Source: an uncultured Haloferula sp. (GTDB lineage: Bacteria > Verrucomicrobiota > Verrucomicrobiia > Verrucomicrobiales > Akkermansiaceae). Taken from it: a stretch of DNA of 64,000 nt. A program made the translations under genes and the position numbers. Positions 49,815-59,300 of this stretch are shown piece by piece (within the stretch, counting starts at the first letter, position 1; each line of letters starts with the position of its first letter). The stretch covers positions 160,001 to 224,000 of the forward strand of contig CBFGTS010000006.1 of the NCBI GenBank assembly GCA_965652295.1, given 5' to 3'. The notes under the pieces are model-generated. The model did no database searches and was not told the origin of the DNA. It was given only the letters and a program-made list of their open reading frames with translations.

Positions 49815-51958
49815 CAAGCAACGTGGCGGGCGATGACGCGGTCCAGCTCGCCGAGGGTCAGAGATTTCGTCAGGTAATCGTCCATTCCGGCAACGAGGGC
49901 GGCTTCACGGTCCTCGTTGAAGGCGTGGGCGGAGAGGCCGACGATGACCCGGCGCCCCCCCTCCCTGCCACCTTCGGCCTCACGGATTCGGCGCGTCGTT
50001 TCCAAACCATCCATCCCGGGCATCTCAACATCCATCAGGATCAGGGAGCAATCCTCTCCACCGATCATTTCCAAAGCGTCAGCGCCGCTGCCCGCCTCCA
50101 TGACCCGCAAGCCGCGCCGCTTGAACAGCGCGGAAAGCAAGGACCGATTCACTTCGTTGTCGTCCACGATCAGCACGGCGCCTTGCAGCGGACGGAGTTC
50201 GCCCGCCGCCTCGGACCCCGTTTCCGCGAAGTCGGCAGCGCCGTTGGCCGCGGGCAGATCGATCTCGAAGAAGAACGTACTGCCCGATCCCGGCCGACTG
50301 TCGAAATCGATCCTGCCGCCCATTTGATCCACCAAGCGTCTGCAAATCGCGAGGCCGAGGCCGGTACCCTCGAACGAGCGCGAACTTGAACGGTCGAGCT
50401 GGCTGAAGGGCTGGAACAGCAGCTCTTTCGCACCGGAATCGATGCCGATCCCGGTATCGGTCACCTCGAAGCGGATCACGCTACCCGCGGTGGCTCCCAC
50501 GTGGACGGTCACGCCGCCACTCGGCGTGAACTTGATCGCATTCCCCACGAGGTTGAAGAGCACCTGCCGGACTCGCCCGGCATCTCCTGTCACCCGCGCC
50601 GGCACGTTGCGATCGACGGAGCAATCCAGCGCGAGCCCTTTCGTCCCGGCAGCGGTGGAAAGCAGGTCGATCACCTCACGGGCGACGTCTTCCGGCGAGA
50701 ACTCGTCCCGCCGGAGCGTCGCGGCCCCCGCTTCGAGCCGGGAAAAATCAAGGATGTCGTTGAGCAGCGTGAGCAGGTGGTCGCCGCAGCGCTTGACGAT
50801 GCTGATGTGGCGCTCCTGCTCCTCCGACAAGCCGCTCTGGCGGAGCAGCTCGGCGTAACCGAGGATGCCGTGCAACGGCGTGCGGATCTCGTGGCTCATG
50901 GCGGCGACGAAGTCACTTTTCACCCGCGTGGCCATCTCCGCATCCTTGCGTGCGGCCACCTCCACAGCTTCCGAGCGGCGGATCTGAAGGTAGGAAAAGC
51001 CGAACCACGCACCCAGTAGCAGCACGCCGCCGGAAAACACCATCAGCATGAAGCCGGACAAGCGGTGGAGACTCGCCAAGTGGCGGTCCTTTTCCGTGGA
51101 AAACACCAACCCCAGCGGCTCACCCGCGAGACTCAGCGGGTTGAAAACCGAAATCACCTCCCGCTCGTCAGGGAAGGCCACCGTGTGCTCACGCATGCCT
51201 TCCAGGCCGTCGTTCATCAGGCGCTTGAAGTGCCGAAGGCAGCCCGGAGACACTTGGAAAGCGCTCCTCCGCGGATCGAGGGGATGGCGGATGAGATCCG
51301 GCCGCGAGTTCGCATCGAGCGCCCAGATCCATAGCTCCGACTGCCCCATCATGTAGCTTTCCAGCCCCGCTCCGAGAAAATCCCGGTGGCGGATGACCAG
51401 CTCGGCACCGGCCACCGGGGAATGGACACCGGCGGGAAGCCACTCCGAGATCACGATGAAGTCGCCGCGCCGCGACACGCTGGAAGACCTCCTGGGAGGA
51501 TGCTTGCTGCCGCCGGATGGCAACTCCGAGACGCTCAGGTAGTTCCCCGGCAGGATCTCGATGGCCATGGTTTTCCCCGAACGAAGTTCCACCTCGATCC
51601 GCTCCAGCGAATCCTGGTGACGCGCGAAAAACCGCCTCACCATCGCCTGGTTGCGATGCCCGAGATCGGGCAGCCCATCATTCCCAAAGTAGCTGGCAAA
51701 GGCGTCGAGCGAGGCCAGCAGGCGGAAGTCGTCCCGCAAGCCGTCGAACTGGCTCTCAAGATGGCGTGAAGCCCCCGCGGTGAAACTCTGCAGGCGCGTG
51801 GTGGCGGCGTGCGTTTCCCTCCGTATGATCCGGCGGGAAAAGACCATTGTCACGGAAACGAACAGCAGCGAGACCGCCAGCACATGCCACAGGGAGATCG
51901 GGCTGATCCATTGCAGGAAACGCCCGGCGGTGCCCCGCACTTCCCGCTCCGATCTCAT
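49814..51958 (-). CDS. Hybrid sensor histidine kinase (2 TM, HisKA, HATPase, receiver)
   Basis: MSHEIRTPL, NLVGNAIKFT, DTGIG, GTGLGL; receiver IVDD, LMDVEMP; ATG 51958 overlaps the upstream stop (ATGA). Confidence 0.93.
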   Translation of the reverse strand: MRSEREVRGTAGRFLQWISPISLWHVLAVSLLFVSVTMVFSRRIIRRETHAATTRLQSFTAGASRHLESQFDGLRDDFRLLASLDAFASYFGNDGLPDLGHRNQAMVRRFFARHQDSLERIEVELRSGKTMAIEILPGNYLSVSELPSGGSKHPPRRSSSVSRRGDFIVISEWLPAGVHSPVAGAELVIRHRDFLGAGLESYMMGQSELWIWALDANSRPDLIRHPLDPRRSAFQVSPGCLRHFKRLMNDGLEGMREHTVAFPDEREVISVFNPLSLAGEPLGLVFSTEKDRHLASLHRLSGFMLMVFSGGVLLLGAWFGFSYLQIRRSEAVEVAARKDAEMATRVKSDFVAAMSHEIRTPLHGILGYAELLRQSGLSEEQERHISIVKRCGDHLLTLLNDILDFSRLEAGAATLRRDEFSPEDVAREVIDLLSTAAGTKGLALDCSVDRNVPARVTGDAGRVRQVLFNLVGNAIKFTPSGGVTVHVGATAGSVIRFEVTDTGIGIDSGAKELLFQPFSQLDRSSSRSFEGTGLGLAICRRLVDQMGGRIDFDSRPGSGSTFFFEIDLPAANGAADFAETGSEAAGELRPLQGAVLIVDDNEVNRSLLSALFKRRGLRVMEAGSGADALEMIGGEDCSLILMDVEMPGMDGLETTRRIREAEGGREGGRRVIVGLSAHAFNEDREAALVAGMDDYLTKSLTLGELDRVIARHVA

Positions 51959-53004
51959 CGGTTCAGGGAAAAGGCAAGAAGCCGCCAGTTGAGATTCCTG
52001 ATCCGCCGGACGCGGACTTTCCACTCCCGGTCGTCGAGCCGCAGCAAGGCCTCGGAGCGGGCGGAGCCTCCGTCAACCAACACTTCGGCCGCCAGCCGCC
52101 GGATCGGCAACGAGCTGCTCTTGCAAAGATTGTATTGATCCGAGCGGAAGGTGTCCGAGCGCACCGTATCGACGTAGCGATGGCTCTTCAGTGGCGGGAG
52201 GCGCAGCACCTGCACCAGTGCCGCACCGGTCGCCACGACCGTGCCATCGTCCGTCAACAGCAGGCAGAAACGGTTGTCGCCTTCGAAGTCGAGACCACGC
52301 ACCAGCGTCTCGATGGTGATGTCGAGCCCCGCCACGCCCTGCAGGTCGTTCCCGGTATAAACGGGAGCCACACACGAGACCATCCAACCCCGGCCGGCGG
52401 GATCGACGTACGGTTGCTTGACCCACACCGGAACCCGCGCCGGATTGTGGGCCTGATCCGCCAGGTAGTAGAAGTTGTAATCCTCCATCTTCATGCCCGG
52501 CGGATACTGCATCACCACGTCGAAGGGCGGGTAGATGCGGTTGAAGCTATGACGATCGTTGTAGTAGGCTTGGACCACCTGCTCGTTCTCCTCCACCGCA
52601 CGCTTCAGGGCGGGATCCGCCGCCTCGGTGGCATGGACCACGCGGAGAATCTCCTCGTTCACCGGCACTACTCCGGACACGAAGACGGCGGAATCGCGGT
52701 TCGCGACCGCGGTGGGCCGGTGCAGCGTGCCATTTTCCTCCAGCACGTAGGCCGAGGGATCGGCCCGGGCGGCGAGTTCATCGAGGTTCCCGTAGATGCC
52801 GCGGATCTCCGCCGCCAGCGCGGCACATTCGGCCTCGGCCCGCATCACACCGCCCTCCAGCTTGACCGCCAGGGCATCCAGGCGGGAAAACGGCGGCTCC
52901 GATGCCTCGTCGCTCCCCCGGCACCCTGATGCCACGAGCGCACCCAGAACCACCCCGAGGAGGGTCGCGCTACGGCGTGCTGTCGTGACGACTCCTGGCT
53001 TCAT
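51955..53004 (-). CDS. Stand-alone Cache-domain lipoprotein
   Basis: Lipobox VASGC; FYYLA...W..PYVDPAGRGWMVSCVAPVY...GVAGLDI Cache signature; no C-terminal TM or output domain. Confidence 0.85.
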   Translation of the reverse strand: MKPGVVTTARRSATLLGVVLGALVASGCRGSDEASEPPFSRLDALAVKLEGGVMRAEAECAALAAEIRGIYGNLDELAARADPSAYVLEENGTLHRPTAVANRDSAVFVSGVVPVNEEILRVVHATEAADPALKRAVEENEQVVQAYYNDRHSFNRIYPPFDVVMQYPPGMKMEDYNFYYLADQAHNPARVPVWVKQPYVDPAGRGWMVSCVAPVYTGNDLQGVAGLDITIETLVRGLDFEGDNRFCLLLTDDGTVVATGAALVQVLRLPPLKSHRYVDTVRSDTFRSDQYNLCKSSSLPIRRLAAEVLVDGGSARSEALLRLDDREWKVRVRRIRNLNWRLLAFSLNR

Positions 53005-53357
53005 GCATCGGGCAGGTGTTTCTCCAGAATGGCCTCCGCCTCGTCAAGCTGCCGCGCCAGCCACTCCAGCTCGGAGGGTGCCGGGGCTCGGCCGTTCGCG
53101 GCATCGGCCTCAAGGCGGGCGAAGCCTGCGGCGAGGCTTGTCAGGCCGAGCGACGCAGAAGCTCCCTTCAGCTTGTGGGCCAGCTTCGGGATCGTCGCCA
53201 TCGGTGCCCGGGCGGAGAGCTGCTGCAGACCCTCGCGCGTCTGCATGAGGTACTTCCCCCAGATCGGGCGCAGCTCCGGGCCGATCATTTCCACGAGGGC
53301 TTCCAGCATCCTCTCATCCACTTCCCCCGCCGACCGCTCTTCGCTCCTATCCGACAT
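53001..53357 (-). CDS. Hpt phosphotransfer protein
   Basis: AHKLKGASASLG motif, 118 aa helical. Confidence 0.88.
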   Translation of the reverse strand: MSDRSEERSAGEVDERMLEALVEMIGPELRPIWGKYLMQTREGLQQLSARAPMATIPKLAHKLKGASASLGLTSLAAGFARLEADAANGRAPAPSELEWLARQLDEAEAILEKHLPDA

Positions 53358-53372
53358 CCAATCAAGATCCTG

Positions 53373-54743
53373 CTAGAATTTCGCTTCCCGCAACTGGTGG
53401 CGGTCCAGCATGTTGTAAACGGTGCGCAGGCTGACGCCGAGCGTCTTGGCCGCGCGACGGCGGTTGCCCTTGACCGCCCTCAGCGTCTGAACGAGAGCCT
53501 CGCGCTCAAGCTCGCGCAGCCGGTTCTGCTCGCGCTCGGCCAGCGAACCACTGAGCTGCGCACTCCAGATTTTTTGTTTCTCCTCCAGCTCGCGCGCGGT
53601 GATCGGGCCATCTTCCCGGTCCGTCATCACCTCGGAGATGGAAAGGGACATCTCTTCCAGATTTCCCGGCCACGCGTGGTCGGCGATCCACTCCTGCGCC
53701 GGGCGATCGAGCGCCGGCCGTCGGATCCGGTGGCGGATGCAATGCTCCGCGAGCCGGAATTCCCATAGGTTCACCAGGTCCTGGGAGCGCTCGCGCAGCG
53801 GCGGCAGGGCGAGGTGAAGAATGGACAGCATGTAAACGAGATCGGCATCCAGTTCGGCGGTCCCGAGCAGATCGCGCAGCGTGCGCTCGCTGTGCACGAT
53901 AACCCGGCAGGCGTCCGCCACCGCCGGCTGCTTGAGTGCGGCGAGCAGGCGTCGCTGGCAGATCTCCGGCAGCGCTTCCAGCCGGCGCAGCATCAGCGTG
54001 GAGGGCTGCCGCGCGTTCATGATGCCGGGAAGCCTCGTGACGAGCACGCCGGAGCCGGCGGCCGTCATTTCCCCGCCGAAGACACGGGCCATGAACTCCG
54101 CCGGCGGCACGACCGAGCAATCGAGTTCCAGCCAGCTGTCCGGCCCACCACCGGCCGCCTCGTGCAGCTGCATCGCCAGCCGGGATTTTCCCGTCCCCGC
54201 TTCGCCCTCGATGAAGACCGGCCTGCGGCTTCCGGACGCCTGGCGGAAGAGCTCCGCCACGCGCAGCATCGAGGGGGAGGCCCATGCAAAGCCGTCGTGA
54301 CAAAGTCCGCTTTCCTCCGAAGCGGAGCCATCCACGAGCCGGGTCACCTTTTCGAAGAAACCTTCCGGATCGAATGGCTTCACCACGTAATCGACCGCTC
54401 CGCCCTTCATCGCCCGCACCGCATCGTCCGCGCAATCGCGAGCGGTGAGCACCACGCAGGGCAACCGCGGAAATCGATCCCGCACCCGCTTCAAAACCTC
54501 ATGGCCGTCACAATCCGGCAGTCCCAGATCCAGCACCATCACATCCCACGGGCATTCGCCACCAGCGGCCTCGAAAGCCAGGTTCACCTGCTCACCGCAC
54601 TCCATCACCAGCGGCTCGAAGCCGAAATGGCGCGAGGTCTGGAACAGCAGGTCGGCGGAAATCGGATCGTCCTCCACGATCGCCATCCGTCCGAGGCGCA
54701 AGGGAAGCCTGCCTCCGCTTTCTTGGATTGGAATCTTCCTCAT
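53373..54743 (-). CDS. NtrC-like response regulator (REC-AAA+-Fis HTH) with degenerate AAA+ motifs
   Basis: VEDD, LDLGLP, KPF; GEAGTGKS, LPPLRER, WPGN; HTH GNRRRAAKTLGVS; start uncertain (54743 or 54686). Confidence 0.88.
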   Translation of the reverse strand: MRKIPIQESGGRLPLRLGRMAIVEDDPISADLLFQTSRHFGFEPLVMECGEQVNLAFEAAGGECPWDVMVLDLGLPDCDGHEVLKRVRDRFPRLPCVVLTARDCADDAVRAMKGGAVDYVVKPFDPEGFFEKVTRLVDGSASEESGLCHDGFAWASPSMLRVAELFRQASGSRRPVFIEGEAGTGKSRLAMQLHEAAGGGPDSWLELDCSVVPPAEFMARVFGGEMTAAGSGVLVTRLPGIMNARQPSTLMLRRLEALPEICQRRLLAALKQPAVADACRVIVHSERTLRDLLGTAELDADLVYMLSILHLALPPLRERSQDLVNLWEFRLAEHCIRHRIRRPALDRPAQEWIADHAWPGNLEEMSLSISEVMTDREDGPITARELEEKQKIWSAQLSGSLAEREQNRLRELEREALVQTLRAVKGNRRRAAKTLGVSLRTVYNMLDRHQLREAKF

Positions 54744-55140
54744 TTCGTTGCCAGGCGCAGCCCCCCGCCGGTGTGCGCGCAGAGGTTGGAGGAGAAAAAG
54801 AGTGCTCGGAGCAAGGGCCGACCCTGCATTCCATGGTAACTGCCGCGTTACATTGCTCTGCCGGCCATCCCTCCCTCCCCCTCGGGGATGCAAATTCTGC
54901 ACGTTCCCGACCATCATTCCGTCGATTTTCCCGGCATGTGTCTCCACCCTGACAAAGCCGCTCGGGGGGGCGGCACGCTGCTGTCAAAGCAGCCAAGGGA
55001 CCTCAGGGTCCCTGGTAAGAGCGTGGCCGGGTAGCACAATCGAGCAGCGGTTTTGAAAGCTGCCATTGGGGGAAGCTACCCGGCCGCCTGCCCCCTCCCG
55101 ACCGTTTGACAGCACCTCGCCGCGCGGCACCTTAGCCGCC

Positions 55141-56283
55141 ATGCGCGCCATCCTGACCGTCCTGCTGTGCCTGCCCCTCGCCGCCGAAACGACCACCCGG
55201 GTCGTCGCCGAGGGCTTCGAGCGTCCGGTATGGATCGGCGCGCCGCCGGACGACCGCGACCACCTCTGGGTCGTGGAGCAGGCGGGAAAGATCTGGAAGC
55301 TCGATGCGCGGACCGGCGAAAAGGCCAACTCGCCGGTGCTCGATATTTCCTCCCGCGTCAGCCGCCGCGGAAACGAAGAAGGTTTGTTAGGTCTGGCATT
55401 CCCGGCCGATTTCGCCACCAGCGGCCGGTTCTACATCAACTACACCGGCAACGACGAAACCACTTACATCCAGCGGATCCACGCCCGCGGACCGGAATTC
55501 GATGCGGTGGACGACTCGAAATCCGAGACCCTTTTCGAGTTCAAGCAACCCTGGCGGAACCACAACGGCGGCTGGCTCGGCTTCGGGCCCGATGGCTACC
55601 TCTACGTCGGCACCGGCGATGGCGGCGCGGCCAACGATCCCCACGGCAACGGCCAGAAACTCGACACCCTGCTCGGCAAGCTGCTGCGCGTCGATGTTTC
55701 GCCCGAACGCTCGATCAAGATCCCTCCGGACAACCCCTTCGTGGGCCGCGAGGGCGCGCTCGGCCACATCTGGGCCTACGGCCTGCGCAATCCGTGGCGT
55801 TGTTCGTTCGATCGAAAAACCGGTGACCTCTGGATCGGCGATGTCGGTCAGAACCGCTGGGAGGAAATCAACTTCGTCCCTGCCGACGAAGGCTCCGGTG
55901 CCAACTTCGGCTGGCGGCAGCGCGAGGGCAACCGCAAGACCCCCGGCGTCGGCGGTGCCAGACCAGAGGGGGCGATCGATCCCGTTTACGTCTACGACCA
56001 CGGCACCGGCCCGCGCGACGGTCTCTCAGTCACCGGTGGATACGTTTACCGCGGGCCGATCCGGGAACTCCAGGGACGGTATATCTTCGCCGACTACCAG
56101 AACCGCCGTATCTGGTCGTTCGTCCTGAAAGCCGGCAAGACCTCCGATTTCCAGGACCACACCGACGACTGGCAACCGCAGAACCACCGCATCGGCCTTG
56201 TCTCCTCCTTCGGCGAAGATCCCGACGGCCACCTTTATTTCACCTGTCTTGAAGGCACGGTCATGAAAGTCATCGAGCAGTGA
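55141..56283 (+). CDS. Glucose/sorbosone dehydrogenase (PQQ-dependent beta-propeller) family protein
   Basis: Signal peptide; EEGLLGLAF, NHNGG..FGPDGYLY..GDGG, GLRNPWR.SFD, DVGQ, SVTGG.VYRG. Confidence 0.92.
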   Translation: MRAILTVLLCLPLAAETTTRVVAEGFERPVWIGAPPDDRDHLWVVEQAGKIWKLDARTGEKANSPVLDISSRVSRRGNEEGLLGLAFPADFATSGRFYINYTGNDETTYIQRIHARGPEFDAVDDSKSETLFEFKQPWRNHNGGWLGFGPDGYLYVGTGDGGAANDPHGNGQKLDTLLGKLLRVDVSPERSIKIPPDNPFVGREGALGHIWAYGLRNPWRCSFDRKTGDLWIGDVGQNRWEEINFVPADEGSGANFGWRQREGNRKTPGVGGARPEGAIDPVYVYDHGTGPRDGLSVTGGYVYRGPIRELQGRYIFADYQNRRIWSFVLKAGKTSDFQDHTDDWQPQNHRIGLVSSFGEDPDGHLYFTCLEGTVMKVIEQ

Positions 56284-56374
56284 TCCCCTGAACAGGGGAA
56301 ATTGATGCATTGAGGCGCTTTTATCTCCTCATGGTGCGGACCCGTCCGGTAAGGGACCGGTAATCCCCACCACG

Positions 56375-59300
56375 ATGATCCGCTCGCTGATTTTTCTGGC
56401 TGCCCTCGCCGCGATTGCCCCCGCCGCTCCCGATACCGTCGACACCACCTTTGCCAGCACGGCCGGGCAGGTGTTCACGCCGAACCACTACGGCGGCGTC
56501 GCATCGTTGCTCGTCCAGCCCGATGGCAGGATTCTCTTCGGCTCCAACGAAATACCCGGCACGGTCGGCGGCAATCCGCTCCGGCTCCCGCTCATCCGCT
56601 TCAACCCGGACGGCTCGGTCGACAACACCTTCTTCGCCGACAACGAACCGAACGGCTCCGACGGCGGCATCTACTACGACGGTCAGGGCTGGTCCGAGGT
56701 CCACTCCCTGGGCCTGCTTTCGGACGGAAAAATCGTCGCCGCCGGGGTCATGCAGGGCGTGCGCACCGGCACCGTTTCCTCGCCCGGGACTTTCCTCCAA
56801 TCGAACTCCATCGTCCGCTTCAACGCCGACGGCACTATCGACACCTCCTTCCAAACCGCCGGCACCATCGGCTGGCCGACCGGCGGACTGAATTTCATCG
56901 ATGAAGTCACCATCCAGCCGGACGACAAGATCATCGCCGTCGGAGGCTTCGGAGGCTTCCGGGATTCGCTCGCGCTACCATCGGTAGCGCGCCACGGCAT
57001 CGCCCGGCTGAATGTGGATGGCTCGCTCGACACGTCCTTCCAGATCAACCCGTCCGAATTCGGCGTGCCGACAGGAGCGTCCCTCGTCCGCGGCTGGTTC
57101 CAACAAGCGTCGCTCGATGCCTCGGGGCGGGTTCTGGTGGTCGGAGGTTTCGAATGGGGTCCCTCCTTTCCTCCGGCCGGCAGTGTCGAAGTTCTCGCCC
57201 GCCTGAACCCGGACGGCTCCCGCGACACCTCGTTCTCACCCGTACTTCCCGCCGATCTCGCCGGGTTCCGCAACGTCGTCGTGGAGCCCTCCGGCCGCAT
57301 CACCGTGGTCGCCAGCCGGACCAATGATCAAACCTGGATGGGCCGCTTCCTGCCAGACGGCACACCGGATGCCACCTTCGTTCTCGATCCCTCGCTGACC
57401 ACCTTTTCCGCCCGCCCGCTGCGCGTCGACGCCGCAGGCCGCTACCTCGTTGCCACCCGCAGCGCCAGCGGTGCCTACGACCGCCTCGTCCGCATTCTTC
57501 CCGATGGCTCGCTCGACACCGCCTTCGAAGCCCTCGCAACCTACGTCAACGGCCCCTCCGGCAGTGGTCCAGGCTACTTCGGCACCTTCGACACCGCCCC
57601 CTCGGGGAAAATCTACTCCGGCTCGTTCTTCGACCGGGTGAATGGCGAGGAAACCGTCAAGCTCGTCGCCTTCGAAGGCGACTACTCGCCCTCGGCCACC
57701 GGCCAGATCCGACTCGCCGCCACGGCGGTCTCCGCCGCCGAGCAAGACGGCATGATCCGTGTCGCCGTCACCCGCGACGGTGGCGTCGCCGGGATCGCGA
57801 CGGTCCAGTTCGCCACCTCACCCGGCACGGCAAACAGCACCGATTTCACCCTCACCGCCGGCACCCTCACCTGGCCCGCCGGCACCGGCGGCAGCCAGTT
57901 CATCGAGATCCCCATCACCCAGGACTCCATCGCCGAAGGCAGCGAGCCCTTCACCCTGGTCCTCAGCAACGCCACCGGAGCCACCATTTCCGGGGCTAGC
58001 GTGGCCACCGCGACCATCATCGATTCGAACTCACCGCCGATCATTACCCGCCAGCCCCAGACGCTCTTCGTCCCGCCCGGCTCACCCTTCACCCTGAATG
58101 TCGGCGTCGTCTCCGGTGCCGGACCGGTCACCTATCAGTGGTTCAAAAACGGCAATCTCCTGTCCGGTGCCACCGCCCCGGTTTATTCCATCCCCTCGGC
58201 CGATGCCGCCGCGCACAACGGCAACTACACCGTCACCGTCACCAACCCCAATGGTTCCACCCCCTCCGCGGCCGCCGGGGTCACGGTGAAAAACCCGGCC
58301 ATCCTCGGCTTCACCAGCCCCACCGCCACGGCGGTCGAAAATGATGGCACGCTTACCCTCACGCTCCAGCGCGCCGGCTCGAATGTCGGTGCGGTTTCCG
58401 TGGATGTCTCGCTGGTCGATGGCACCGCCACCAGCCCGGCCGATTTCACCGCAGCCACCACCACCGTTTCCTGGGCCGATGGCGATACCGCCGACAAGAC
58501 CATCGCCATCACCCTCACCAACGACGCCGCCGCCGAGTCTCCCGAAACCTTCCAGGTCATCCTCGAAAACCTCTCGCTCGACGCCATCTTCGGCGGTGCC
58601 ACCACCGTCGTCACGCTGCTCGACGATGACTCCGGCCCCGCCATCACCACCCCGCTGGCCTCGATGCGAGCCGTTACCGGTTGGAATGCCGCGTTTTCCG
58701 TAGGCGTCCAGTCGCAGACCACTGTCAGCTACGAGTGGTTCAAGGACGGCGAGTCCCTGCCCGGGGAAACGGGGGCCACGCTCAGCTTCGAGCCCGTTAC
58801 CCTGGCCGACTTCGGCTACTACTCCGTCGAAGCCACCAACACCGCCGGCACCGTCACCTCCGGTCCGGTCGAACTCGGCGCTCGACCGAACCCGCTCGAC
58901 CGCGTCGCGCTGGATCTCAGCGTTTCCTCGAACCAGTTCTCCGGAATCTCCGCCCGGCCCGCCGGCGGCTATCTGATCTACGGTGCCTTCACTTCCGTCC
59001 CCACCTCCGGCGGCACCGTGAGCATCTCCCGCGTCATGCGCACGCATCCGGACGGCTCGCTCGACACCACCTTCAGTCCGGCCCCCAACTCCACCGTCAC
59101 CCACGCGCTTGAGCTGTCCGATGGTTCCACTATCCTCGGCGGCGGCTTCAGCCAGATCGGCGTCGTGTCCGTCTCCGGCCCTCTGGTCAAACTCCTGCCC
59201 GACGGCTCGGTCGATCCGGACTTCTCCTCGAACCTCCCCGCCGGCATCGGCTCCCTCCGTGATCTGGAGATCGGACCCGACGGGAGAATCTACGTCACCC

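Noticed and set aside
54744..55140. sigma54 -24/-12 promoter next to the NtrC-like gene
   Set aside because: CGGCAC at ~54971 lacks a correctly spaced GC; only short hairpins seen.
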